The notes under the pieces were generated by a model. That model was not told the DNA's origin, searched no databases, and worked only from the letters and a program-made list of their open reading frames with translations. From assembly GCA_032718475.1 (NCBI GenBank), contig JAUCBJ010001891.1, positions 1 through 49,741 of the forward strand: a stretch of DNA of 49,741 nt. The letters are read 5' to 3'. This document shows, one piece after another, positions 11,781 to 23,943 of this stretch (the stretch's first letter is position 1; every line of letters starts with the position of its first letter). This stretch comes from Nemertoderma westbladi. Taxonomy: Eukaryota; Animalia; Xenacoelomorpha. The translations under genes were made by a program, and so were the position numbers.

Positions 11781-14139
11781 GCCGAGCTCTATGGTACTAT
11801 ACCACCTGTATCAACCACCCTCCGTGAACGCCGAGCTCTATGGTACTATACCATCTGTATCAACCACCCTCCGTGAACGCCGAGCTCTATGGTACTATAC
11901 CATCTGTATCAACCACCCTCCGTGAACGCCGAGCTTTATGGTACTATACCACCTGTATCAACCACCCTCCGTGAACGCCGAGCTCTATGGTACTATACCA
12001 CCTGTACCAACCACCCTCCGTGACCGCCGAGCTCTATGGTACTATACCACCTGTTTCAACCACCCTCCGTGAACGCCGAGCTTTATGGTACTATACCACC
12101 TGTATCAACCACCCTCCGTGAACGCCGAGCTCTATGGTACTATACCACCTGTACCAACCACCCTCCGTGAACGCCCGAGCTCTATGGTACTATACCACCT
12201 GTATTAACCACCCTCCATGAACGCCGAGCTCTATGGTACTATACCATATGTATCAACCACCCTCCGTGAACGCCGAGCTCTATGGTACTATACCACCTGT
12301 ATCAACCACCATCCGTGAACGCCGAGCTCTATGGTACTATACCACCTGTATCAACCACCCTCCGTGAACGCAGATCTCTATGGTACTATACCACCTGTAT
12401 CAACCACCCTCCGTGAACGCCGAGCTCTATGGTACTATACCACCTGTATCAACCACCCTCCGTGAACGCCGAGCTCTATGGTACTATACCACCTGTATCA
12501 ACCGCCCTCCGTAAACGCCGAGCTCTATGGTACTATACCACCTGTATCAACCACCCTCCGTGAACGCCGAGCTCTATGGTACTATACCACCTGTATCAAC
12601 CACCCTCCGTGAACGCCGAGCTCTATGGTACTATACCACCTGTATCAACCACCCTCCGTGAACGCCGAGCTCTATGGTACTATACCACCTGTATCAACCA
12701 CCCTCCGTGAACGCCGAGCTCTATGGTACTATACCACCTGTATCAACCACCCTCCGTGAACGCCGAGCTCTATGGTACTATACCACCTATACCAACCACC
12801 CTCCGTGAACGCCGAGCTCTATGGTACTATACCACCTGTACCAACCACCCTCCGTGAACGCCGAGCTCTATGGTACTATACCACCTGTATCAACCACCCT
12901 CCGTGAACGCCGAGCTCTATGGTACTATACCACCTGTATCAACCACCCTCCGTGAACGCCGAGCTCTATGGTACTATACCACCTGTATCAACCACCCTCC
13001 GTGAACGCCGAGCTTTATGGTACTATACCACCTGTATCAACCACCCTCCGTGAACGCCGAGCTCTATGGTACTATACCATCTGTATCAACCACCCTCGGT
13101 AAACGCCGAGCTCTATGGTACTATACCATATGTATCAACCACCCTCCGTGCACGCCAAGCTCTATGGTACTATACCACCTGTATCAACCACCCTCCGTAA
13201 ACGCAGATCTCTATGGTACTATACCACCTGTATCAACCACCCTCCGTGAACGCCGAGCTCTATGGTACTATACCACCTGTATCAACCACCCTCCGTGAAC
13301 GCCGAGCTCTATGGTACTATACCACCTGTATCAACCACCCTCCGTGAACGGCGAGCTCTATGGTACTATACCACCTGTATCAACTACCCTCCGTGAACGC
13401 CGAGCTCTATGGTACTATACCACCTGTATCAACCACCCTCCGTGAACGCCGAGCTCTATGGTACTATACAATATGTATCAACCACCCTCCGTGAACGCAG
13501 ATCTCTATGGTACTATACCACCTGTATCAACCACCCTCCGTGAACGCCGAGCTCTATGGTACTATACCACCTGTATCAACCACCCTCCGTGAACGCCGAG
13601 CTCTATGGTACTATACCACCTGTACCAACCACCCTCCGTGAACGCCGAGCTCTATGGTACTATACCACCTGTATCAACCACCCTCCGTGAACGCCGAGCT
13701 CTATGGTACTATACCACCTGTATCAACCACCCTCCGTGAACGCCGAGCTCTATGGTACTATACCATATGTATCAACCACCCTCCGTGAACGCAGATCTCT
13801 ATGGTACTATACCACCTGTATCAACCACCCTCCGTGAACGCCGAGCTCTATGTTACTATACCACCTGTATCAACCACCCTCCGTGAACGCCGAGCTCTAT
13901 GGTACTATACCACCTGTACCAACCACCCTCCGTGAACGCCGAGCTCTATGGTACTATACCACCTGTATCAACCACCCTCCGTGAACGCCGAGCTCTATGG
14001 TACTATACCACCTGTATCAACCACCCTCCGTGAACGCCGAGCTCTATGGTACTATACCATATGTATCAACCACCCTCCGTGAACGCAGATCTCTATGGTA
14101 CTATACCACCTGTATCAACCACCCTCCGTGAACGCCGAG
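11778..14139. repeat. Minisatellite, 49-bp unit, ~48 copies
   Basis: Unit gaacgccgagctctatggtactataccacctgtatcaaccaccctccgt, head-to-tail with no spacers. Confidence 0.97.
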
Positions 14140-14326
14140 TCAACACACCAGTCGGGATTCCCTCGCCAACTCGGGGGACCCGTCGCAAGATATATAAATC
14201 GTATTAGCAATACTTAATTAAGAAGCAATTAATAGTCAATCAAATAATATAGATTATTTGTTGGAATTTGTAAAATATCACATTTTGTTAATTTACCACT
14301 CACCGAAAATAGGAAGTCCCACACCC

Positions 14327-15722
14327 GTGTTCTGAGTTTGGTCGGTTCTCATATCGTGGATTCGAGTTTGGTTGGTTCACATATCGTGGTTCACAGTTTG
14401 GTTGGTTCTCATATCGTGGATTCGAGTTTGGTTGGTTCACATATCGTGGATCAGAGTTTGGTTGGTTCACATATCGTGGGTCAGAGTTTGGTTGGTTCAC
14501 ATATCGTGGTTCAGAGTTTGGTTGGTTCTCATATCGTGGATTCGAGTTTGGTTGGTTCACATATCGTGGGTCAGAGTTTGGTTGGTTCACATATCGTGGA
14601 TTCGAGTTTGGTTGGTTCACATATCGTGGTTCAGAGTTTGGTTGGTTCACATATCGTGGGTCAGAGTTTGGTTGGTTCACATATCGTGGTTCAGAATTTG
14701 GTTGGTTCTCATATCGTGGATTCGAGTTTGGTTGGTTCTCATATCGTGGGTCAGAGTTTGGTTGTTTCTCATATCGTGGTTCAGAGTTTGGTTGGTAACA
14801 TATCGTGGATTCGAGTTTGGTTGGTTCACATATCGTGGTTCAGAGTTTGGTTGGTTCACATATCGTGGATTCGAGTTTGGTTGGTTCACATATCGTGGAT
14901 CAGAGTTTGGTTGGTTCACATATCGTGGTTCAGAGTTTGGTTGGTTCACATATCGTGGATTCGAGTTTGGTTGGTTCACATATCGTGGATCAGAGTTTGG
15001 TTGGTTCACATATCGTGGATTCGAGTTTGTTTGGTTCACATATCTTGGATCAGAGTTTGGTTGGTTCACATATCGTGGATTCGAGTTTGGTTGGTTCTCA
15101 TATCGTGGTTCAGAGTTTGGTTGGTTCACATATCGTGGATTCGAGTTTGGTTGGTTCACATATCTTGGATCAGAGTTTGGTTGGTTCACATATCGTGGAT
15201 TCGAGTTTGGTTGGTTCACATATCGTGGTTCAGAGTTTGGTTGGTTCACATATCGTGGATTTGAGTTTGGTTGGTTCACATATCGTGGATCAGAGTTTGG
15301 TTGGTTCACATATCGTGGTTCAGAGTTTGGTTGGTTCACATATCGTGGATTCGAGTTTGGTTGGTTCACATATCGTGGTTCAGAGTTTGGTTGGTTCTCA
15401 TATCGTGGTTCAGAGTTTGGTTGGTTCACATATCGTGGTTCAGAGTTTGGTTGGTTCACATATCGTGGTTCAGAGTATGGTTGGTTCTCATATCGTGGTT
15501 CAGAGTTTCATTGGTTCACATATCGTGGTTCAGAGTTTGTTTGGTTCTCATATCGTGGCTCAGAGTTTGGTTGGTTCTCATATCGTGGTTCAGAGTTTCA
15601 TTGGTTCACATATCGTGGATTCGAGTTTGGTTGGTTCACATATCGTGGTTCAGAGTTTGGTTGGTTCTCATATCGTGGTTCAGAGTTTGGTTGGTTCTCA
15701 TATTGTGGTTTAGATTTTGGCT
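14327..15722. repeat. Minisatellite, 30-bp unit, ~46 copies
   Basis: Unit gttggttc(a/t)catatcgtgg(ttca/attc/atca/gtca)gagtttg, with a 1-bp deletion at ~14797. Confidence 0.97.
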
Positions 15723-16030
15723 GATTCCCACATCGTTCACATATCCTATATAATTATCAGCTTATGAGGTTTTGCTGGAATATATTCGACTATATTTAGT
15801 AGATTTCGGTAGTTGAATTCGGAAATGATTCTCGGTGTTATACCTATTAGAACAATAATTAAATAATTTTAATTTAAAAAAAAAGTTACAATGAAGTTTG
15901 TACAAAATAAAATAAAGTTACAATGACAATGACGATGAGATGGACTGATCTGATTAGAAAATAATTTGTAATATAAAATCAAATTAATAACCTTATAATA
16001 TATTATATTTACAGTCCACTATACTATTTC

Positions 16031-18493
16031 CTAACTGTCTTTATGTTTTTTTCTAGTTAGTAATTTAACTAAGTGGCTCTGGTTAGTTTCATTCAATAAT
16101 TCACAGAATACAATAAAGTCATCATAAGGTCTCCTTTTAATGGCTTCTATTAGTTCGCTGTTCCTTTGTAAACCAGTCGGCTGATATTTGATCTGCTCAA
16201 TAAGATTTTCAGTAAGAATATTTCTACTTCTCAATAGCGGTAACAATTCACTCAGCTCCATGTTATAAACCAGTTCAACTTTATTCCTCATAAGAATATT
16301 TTCAAATTCTACATCAATATTTCCTTTTATCATATCTACTAAATGTTGTTGGTTTGTTTGTGTTAAACTATCCATAAATACTTTCATAATGGACTCTGAT
16401 TTCCCTTTTAGAGATTCTATAATGGCTCGGCTCTTTAGTATTTTAGTTTCTCTTGTTTCTATAAACTGAATCTGATCATTGTTTAGTATAAAACTTTTTT
16501 CGATATATAGTAATAACTCAGTTGGTTCAAGTTTTTCTTCAATTTTTTTTGTTTCAACTTTTAAATATTCCCGATCCTTTGATTTAACTAAAAACCAAGT
16601 TTTATATTCCTGAGTTTCTATACTTGCATTATTCTCACAGGTAATTATTGGTTTACTCAAACAATCTGATAGTAGAATAAAGTGGATACAGGATTCATTG
16701 TGGCATTTATATAGGCCATGCCTTTCACATTTATATGAACAAGGACATGTTACTTTCAATTGAAAATCAACAATATTGTTTATTTTTCCAGCTGATATAA
16801 GTTCTCCCAAGCTGTCAACAATGTATTCTTTTACTCTGTTTGCAAAATCAGAATCTGGAGGACTTATAATATTTTTGTTGCTATCAATATTATCTTTAGG
16901 TTTCATAAGAACTTTTCTTACAATTTGAACTTTTATTCTAGAAAAATGCCTTGGAGACACATATAGAATTATATCGTGATCAACATCACAGTATATAACT
17001 ACAGACCGGTAGTAAAGAGTTGGTTCAGATTTAATATCTCCAATGAGATACGACCATTCTATAAGGCGTTTTACTAGTCGATAAAATAGACCCTCAGGTA
17101 AAAAACCATTAAAAGCAATAAAAAATTCAATATCATTTGCTTTAATAGGGTAAATAGGCTGATTGGCATTTTTAAGTCTACAAGGTACATAATATGATTT
17201 ATTCATTTTTGACTTTTTTAACAATGGTTCTGATTCGTTTCCATTACCTGGCACAGTTTCTCCTATTCTTTCACATATTAAATCAAAACGCTCTAGGATT
17301 TTTAACATAAAATTTTTTTTGAGTCCCATATTACCCCAGATATCGTCCAGTAGATCCCAGTGCAATATACCCTTGTCATCCAAATCCTCAAAATATTTCA
17401 AATTTTTCCAATTGATATGTTCTTTGACTGTAATTATACTGGCAAACATTGAACTTAACCACTCTGGTTTCAATATAATTGTATCACGCAACGATTCTTC
17501 ATCAAAATACATAATTCTACCTCTATCATGGTAAAACTCTAACATTGTCTTTAAACCGGGGTATTCAAATTCTACTTTTATTTCCTTTAACTTACATTCT
17601 AAATCTATAATATCAATATAAACGTCATCATTTTTAAGTAATTGAGTTACAAGTTTTTCAAATTTTAAATAATCCAAAGGAATTTCTTCCTTAAATTTGT
17701 CCATTTCTTTAACAATTTCTAGCTGTAAGTTTTGAAGTTCTTCATCTGAATCTGATCTTGCCTCTTTGCTATTTTCCACAGCAAATGCTGCTTTAACTAA
17801 AATATTGCAATGCATTGTGGACTTTAATAGTCGGAAAATTTCTATAAACTTTTTACGAGCTAAAATGTTCTGAGTTTCTGGATCTTCATGCAAACTGGCT
17901 TTCTTTGTTCCAACTAAGAATACTGGAGAACCAGAAATGTTTGCGCCACTTTCGGAATTATTTTTACCAAATGTAAATATATTGCGCAACCAAAAATCAA
18001 TAAATTCTATATTAGTCATGTCGCTATATATCTTATTTATATTCTCTTCATCGGCTCTGAATATAATGTTGGCTGTTTTATCAGCATCTTGGGTAAGATC
18101 AAAAACAACTATATAAATAGCCCGTCTACTTAGAAACATCTGATGGGTTGTGTAATAAATACATTGGCCACCAAAATCGAGGGATAGGCGGGACAATAGA
18201 CGGGACAATAGGCGGGACAATATGCGGGACAATGGGCGGGACAATAGGCGGACAATAGGCGGGACAATAGGCGTGACAATAGGCGGGACAATATGCGGGA
18301 CAATAGGCGGGACAATAGCCGGGACAATTGGCGGGACAATAGGCGGGACAATAGCGGGGACAATTGGCGGGACAACATGCGGTACAATAGGCGGGACAAT
18401 GGGCGGGACAATAGGCGGGACAATAGGCGGGGCAATAGGTGGGACTAGTACTACTACTACTTCTAGGATCGCCATGCTGCATTGCAGCTGCAT
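16031..18493 (-). CDS. Roco copy A: 5'-deleted ROC (G3 onward)-COR-Cys/His motif-2xCARD, with an open chimeric N-terminus made of LINE 3' UTR and 12-bp repeat; probable pseudogene
   Basis: 820-aa ORF. Roco similarity begins at DFGGQCIYYTTHQMFLSRRAIYIVVFDL (18180), then VFLVGTK, LEFYHDRGRIMYF..IILKPEWL and YYVPCRL. CARD-like ILMRNKVELVYNMELSELLPLLRSRNILT..FCELLNETNQSHLVKLL. No P-loop. Confidence 0.8.
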   Translation of the reverse strand: MQLQCSMAILEVVVVLVPPIAPPIVPPIVPPIVPPIVPHVVPPIVPAIVPPIVPPIVPAIVPPIVPHIVPPIVTPIVPPIVRLLSRPLSRILSRLLSRLLSRLSLDFGGQCIYYTTHQMFLSRRAIYIVVFDLTQDADKTANIIFRADEENINKIYSDMTNIEFIDFWLRNIFTFGKNNSESGANISGSPVFLVGTKKASLHEDPETQNILARKKFIEIFRLLKSTMHCNILVKAAFAVENSKEARSDSDEELQNLQLEIVKEMDKFKEEIPLDYLKFEKLVTQLLKNDDVYIDIIDLECKLKEIKVEFEYPGLKTMLEFYHDRGRIMYFDEESLRDTIILKPEWLSSMFASIITVKEHINWKNLKYFEDLDDKGILHWDLLDDIWGNMGLKKNFMLKILERFDLICERIGETVPGNGNESEPLLKKSKMNKSYYVPCRLKNANQPIYPIKANDIEFFIAFNGFLPEGLFYRLVKRLIEWSYLIGDIKSEPTLYYRSVVIYCDVDHDIILYVSPRHFSRIKVQIVRKVLMKPKDNIDSNKNIISPPDSDFANRVKEYIVDSLGELISAGKINNIVDFQLKVTCPCSYKCERHGLYKCHNESCIHFILLSDCLSKPIITCENNASIETQEYKTWFLVKSKDREYLKVETKKIEEKLEPTELLLYIEKSFILNNDQIQFIETRETKILKSRAIIESLKGKSESIMKVFMDSLTQTNQQHLVDMIKGNIDVEFENILMRNKVELVYNMELSELLPLLRSRNILTENLIEQIKYQPTGLQRNSELIEAIKRRPYDDFIVFCELLNETNQSHLVKLLTRKKHKDS
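18184..18444. repeat. 12-bp minisatellite (aataggcgggac)n, continuing as a remnant at 20436-20473
   Basis: About 21 tandem units; the same unit occurs at 41590-41808. Confidence 0.95.
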
Positions 18494-20435
18494 TTTTAAG
18501 AATGCTGTGCCGGCTTTTCAACAAAATTGCACAGCCACAACTCCCTATCACCCATGACATTGGCTATATCATGCGCATCTTCAAGGCCAGTGTCCTTTAA
18601 GATGCATCTCAAGAAATTCATGGGCTGTCCACCATGCTTATTCACTCCATGAGGCTGCCAAAGTACAAGATTATGCACTGCCTGGTCCTCACGGCGAAAG
18701 CAATATCCTGCAAAGCGGAGGCGATTTTGTTCTATTGTCAAGCTTGGGGGAACCAATGAGACACCTCCAATGTTATATAGTGTCTGGTTGGAGATATGTG
18801 CATTGTACTTGACACAATGAACCCGGCGTAGCATTCTTGCGAATGTGCCATCCTGAGATTTGGTGTCCTCAGACTGGAACTACCGCTGCTCTAAATAATC
18901 GGACCTTAAGTTTCCGATTAATTCTCGGTGACTTCCAAATCCTGGAAAGCCTATTCAAGGCTGCCCATGCCTTTCCCTTACGTATTCGAAGGTCCTCACC
19001 TGACTTCCGGATCCATGATCCCAGGTAACAGAAGTCGTCCACATGCTCAAGCATACCATCCTTTGAGCTTATGCTCATCCGATCAGAGACTTTCTGGGGA
19101 CTTTCAAAGATAACTGTCAAAATTTTGGTCTTTCTGGAGTTAATAAAAAGATCAACACTAGAAGCAGCATGTTCTAATGAGCTGGGGAGCCGTTGGGCTC
19201 CCTCTAATGATTCTGAGAGTACTCCTAAGTCATCAGCAAAGTCTAGATCAGTTAGGTACTTGGCAGGATTTCCACGACTTCTGGAGTCAGTACGTGGAGT
19301 TATCATCACCCCATCATCATTATGATGATCTAAGGACATGCGTAGAACATAGTCAACCACAATAATGAACAAGAATGGTGCAAGTGTGTCTCCTTGGAGG
19401 ACGCCCCATAACACTTCAAATGGTTCTGTGTCACCGTCAACAGTAGACACAAATGTTGTCGAACCAACGTATACTGATCTGATTGCTGCAATAATTTCAT
19501 CAGGAATCCCATATAATGAAAGTATGCTGAACATACGTGAGCGAGAGACTGAATCAAAGGCCTTGAAGAAGTCAACAAAGATAACAGCCAGATGCCTGTC
19601 TTTCATTTTTGATAATTCTTCAATTATCCTTCAAAGTGCCAAAATGGGCTCCATGGTCCCACGACCTTTACGGAACCCATTCTGATTTCCACGGAGTAGT
19701 CTCTCAATGGGATCCCTGATGCGATTTAATAGAATCCTAGTGTATAGCTTTGCAGCAATCGAGATCAATGAGATTCCCCGAAAAGAACCATAGAGTGTTA
19801 GGTTGCCCTTCTTGGGAACTGACACCAACTTATTTGTTTTCATTTCTTGTGGGACTCGTGTTGTTCGGTACATGTCTACTATGATGGGATATATGAGCTT
19901 TAAACACTCAGGTATTTTAAAGACCTCAGGGGGAACACCATCTACTCCACTGGCACGATTGGTCTTAATGCTCTTTGCAGCAGCATTCACTTCTGCAAAG
20001 GAGATATCGCCAATGGGAATATCTGGGAGTACAGACTCAGACACTTTTACTTCTATAAAGTTATCAGGCAATACCCTGTCATTATTGGGGAGCTTTTCAA
20101 AGTGGGCTTTCCAACCATTGAGGCGATCGGCTGGTGATTCAGCCTTGACCTTGGTGGTTGGTTGGCTTTTCCGCCCAGTAAGCAAATTGATCGATTTCCA
20201 TGCCTGGGATGATTGCCTGCTGTCGTCAGCATCATTGATGGCATCAACCTGTTGGTTTACTAGCTCCTGTAGATTAACAGAGTACTGCTTGTTCAGGGAC
20301 CTAGATGCAGCCTTAACTGCATTCTTTGCCGCTGTAGTCTGTTTGAGTCGGGACTCTTTCTGCGCCTTATGAAGGTCATTTCAGCACTTCTGAATTTTGT
20401 TGTCAGTCCAGGGGGCCCTTTTCCTGTTTCATTTG
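18445..20435 (-). mobile_element. RTE-clade non-LTR retrotransposon, 5'-truncated and degenerate (RT and C-terminus)
   Basis: FRGISLISIAAKLY, QNGFRKGRGT, FVDFFKAFDSV, GVLQGDTLAPFLF, DLDFADD and RLRFAGYCFR, split by stops and frameshifts. (GTA)n tail at 18445-18460. 11-bp TSD aataggtggga at 18434-18444 and 20436-20446. Confidence 0.93.
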
Positions 20436-20571
20436 AATAGGTGGGAAAATAGGCGGGACAATAGGGACAATATGTATTTCGTGGTTAGTTACATTTGAGA
20501 CAGAATTACACATTATACAAATTTCTCGTAAATTACTGAACTAAATTACTCAACTAAATTACTCAACTAAA

Positions 20572-23500
20572 TTACTCATTATCAGAAATATCTTGAAATA
20601 GATTTACCAAATGTCCCTGTTCTGTATCAACTAATCCGTCACAGAATATCTTAAAGTCACTATAAGGACGTTTTTTTAGTTGCTCAATAAGTTCGTTATT
20701 CTTTTCTGTATCAGTTGCCTTAGAATTAATATTCTCAATAACAAATTGGTTTAAAACGAATTTAGCTTGTAGGTATATAATTAGTTCTGGTAGAATAAGC
20801 ATTTCAGATAATTCATATTGCTTTTTTGTTAACATAATTTTGTGGTGGTGTCGGTCGAATTTAATTTCAGATTTAATGTCTTCTGAAAACAAAAATAATT
20901 CAGCTATATGTTCCTGTCCTGTCTCCATCAAACTATTACAGAATAGTTGGAAATCTTTGTAAGGTCGTTTCTTTATGAAGTTTACAAGTTCGCTGTTTCT
21001 TTCTATTGAAGTTGTCTTTGAATTAATTGATTGTACCATAAAATCATTCACAACAAATTTACTATATAAAACAATAAGCAATTCATCGAGTTCAATATTT
21101 TTTGCCAAGACATATTGAAGACGAGTCAGCATATATTGGTGTTGTCTATTAAAAGATACTTCCGTTTTTGAGTTTTCCAGAAATAAAAATAGTTCAGCTA
21201 AAGGTCTCTGATTGGTCACTTTCAGTCCCTCACAGAATATCAGAAACTCACTGTAACTACGACCTTTAATTTCATTAATTAGCAAATTGTTCCTATCAGC
21301 TGTTTTTCGTTCGGATTGTATTAAATCCACAACTGATTTTTTCAGAACAGATTCACTCTGTAAATATATCAATAGTTCGCCAATCTCTAAATCTTCAGCT
21401 AGTCTATGTTGTAGTTCATTGAGTTTGCTACAATGGAATGGTTCTATTTCTTGGGTTAATTTAGTTTCTGTAAACCATTTTTGATACTGGCTTGTTTCCA
21501 CTTTTAGACGACTTTGGTCACAAAGAACCTCATTATTTGTTAGACAATTCTCGAGGCAAAGAAAATGAATACAAGACATATCCCCACAATCGCTTAACTT
21601 GTGACTTACACAACATGCATTACAATAGCATCTCACTTTCAAACTAAACCCTATGTTACATTGCTTACCAATAAAATTCGTTAAAATTTCTTTTATTTGC
21701 TCTTTAAATCGAGTAGCTATTTCTCGGTCAGGACCTGAAATAGACTCAACTTTATGGTGAATCAAAATAATTGGTCTTCTTATTAATTGAACTTTTATCC
21801 TGTAAAGATGAGGCGGAGCCTTTTCAATAACAATTTCGTGATCTAAATCCAAATATATTTGACTAAATCTATGGAACAATTTTGGTTCAATTTCTCGGTC
21901 ACCATTTTTGCATAACACCATTCTATAGTGTGTTTTACCAACTTAAAGTATAAACTCTCTGGAAGGAAACCATCAAATTCTATATAAAATTCAACGTCAT
22001 TTTCTGTGATTGGAAATCCATCTATTTCCTCCATAGGTTTAAGTCTGCAAGGTACATAGTATGATGACATCATAGCAACACCCGTTGTTGGTGAAGTGTT
22101 TTTATTTGTAATTGCAGGAATTCTCTCACACAATAAATCAAATCGTTCTAGAATATTTAACACAAACAGAATTTTAGATGGTTCAGTAATATCCCACCAT
22201 ATATAATCAACAAGTTCCTTGTGTAATATTCCTCTATCGTCTAGATCCTTCCATAATTTAATATGTTCAGGTTTTATTTTGTCTACTACCGTTATTATTC
22301 TTTTAAACATACCGCTCAACCACTCTGGGCTCAATATAACTGTATCTCTCAATGATTCGTCATCAAAGTAAATTATTGTCCCTAAATCGTGGTGGAAATT
22401 CAACATTGTTTTCAAACCTGAACCTTCAAAAACAACTCCGATCTCCGTTAATAAATTATCCAATTATCCATTATTATCAATTAGTCCATCACATCAACAC
22501 AAATTTTATCACGAGCTAATAATTTAGTGACCAGCTGTTGAAACTTAAGATATTGTAAAGGTATTTCTTCCATAAATTTAACCATTTCTTTTACAATTTC
22601 TTTCTGTAGCGCTTCAAGTTCCTTATCACCAACAGACCTCAGTTCCGGATCATTCTCAATAGCAAAATAATTTCTAACAAGTTTTTTATACGACATTTTA
22701 TTTATAAAAGTTAAAATATTAGTGAATTGATTTCTTGCAAAACCAGTTTTTATTTTTGGATCGCATTTATTGGTTCCAACAATAAATACTGGAGGTGCAG
22801 TAGTTTCAGGAACGCAAAATAATTTGTTGCTAAATGTGAAAATATTACGGAACCAAAAATCAATAAAATCTATATTCTTCATATCACCATAAACTTTATG
22901 AATATTTTCATCTTCAGCTCCCACTATAATTTCAGCCTGATCAGAAAGTTCATGCGAAAGATTAAACACAACGATATAAATAGCCCGTCTACTTAGAAAC
23001 ATCTGATGGGTTGTGTAATAAATACACTGGCCACCAAAATCGACTATCTGTAGAGAAAAGCGACTGTCTTCCTCATTAAATTTAGCCAGAATATCTTGAG
23101 GTTTACCAGATAACAATATATCCTCTATACCTTTTGTGACTTCTGAAGGGATATCATATTTATTGTCCTCAAATTTTGATTCATATGGCGTTACGACTTT
23201 TCCGATATCAGATATATTCCCTCTTTCGCTATCTACTGAAATATCTTCTCTAATTTCCTTGCTGCTTTCTATTTTAACAGGCTTATCATAAGAACTGGTG
23301 CTTTTATTCATGTCTCTATCGCTATTTTCACCAGATATTACTGATAAAGTTGACTGGATGCCATCAGTGTATATTTTTTCACTGTCCACATTAGAAGCAT
23401 CTTCTTGAACTTTGAATTCTAGAACACTTTTTGCAACTTTCTTTGCAACAGCATTGTCTGGATCAGCCTCTAAAATATCAACATTCTTTAAATTAGTCCA

Positions 23501-23943
23501 GTCTGTGTGTTTATCAGTATCTATAACACAATTAGCCAATGAATCAATACCATCTGTTATTGGTTCATTAATATCAAACGGTTGACCAATAAGGGCCTTC
23601 TTCAAACTAGTTTTACCAGCCCTCTCTTGTCCCACTAACATTAACCGGGTTTTCAATATCCATGTAGTCCCTTTAGAAAGAGCTGCTTTATAAGCAGCCA
23701 ATGCTTCTGGGCCTCTCGCCAGTATCTCTAGTGGCAGTTTTTGTTCTTTAATATAATTAATTAAAAATTTTGGACGTTTCAGTGTATTTGATCCACTTAT
23801 ATTCATAATCATAAGTCCCATGTCTCTGAATTTATTAACAATTTCTATTGTTGAAATTTCATTTAAACCCCAAATACTAACCAGATTCTGGGTTGTTAGC
23901 TCAGAAATATCTGCATCCAGTCTAAAGTAAAGTTCTTTCTCTT
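20572..23943 (-). pseudogene. Roco copy B: partial winged helix-ROC-COR-Cys/His motif-3xCARD, disrupted and 5'-truncated
   Basis: ORFs 22481-23821 (GQERAGKTSL, TDGI, DFGGQ, VGTN), 21843-22463 (COR) and 20572-21921 (COR end and three ~84-aa CARD-like repeats). Lesions at ~22460-22485 and ~21907. Identity to copy C stops at 23943. Confidence 0.88.

Larger units (their letters stand above)
10942..15745 (-). pseudogene. Decayed spliced gene remnant: putative exons 14304-15745, 11303-11395 and 10942-11091
   Basis: GTGAG donors at 14303, 11302 and 10941 and AG acceptors (tatag, atttcag, tttccag). Phase-2 joins read ...(YENQPNSEPR)n..SEHGCGTSYFR/QLSRRFPNLQLNEISSKSPKDPVRQASICRR/QVSTLDF*. The repeat exon has two TGA stops and a 1-bp deletion. 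Confidence 0.4.

Noticed and set aside
13017-13298. 93-aa ORF within the 49-bp satellite
   Set aside because: Chance loss of stops in a repeat whose unit is not a multiple of three.
11778-14139. CRISPR-like appearance of the 49-bp array (also the 29-, 30-, 35- and 53-bp arrays)
   Set aside because: Units are head-to-tail with no unique spacers, there are no cas genes, and the context is eukaryotic.
14338-15753. Plus-strand ORFs of 160-450 aa (SLVGSHIV, WLVHISW and EFGWFTYRG repeats)
   Set aside because: Open frames are automatic for a stop-free 30-bp unit. Only the minus NQPNSEPRY frame has supporting splice context.
18126-18560. CPAY, RLLS and TIGG repeat ORFs (also 41575-41884)
   Set aside because: Alternative frames of the 12-bp minisatellite with no independent evidence of coding.
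18837-20372. Plus-strand ORFs over the first LINE, and minus-strand ORFs over 27539-28754
   Set aside because: Antisense shadows of RT coding sequence.
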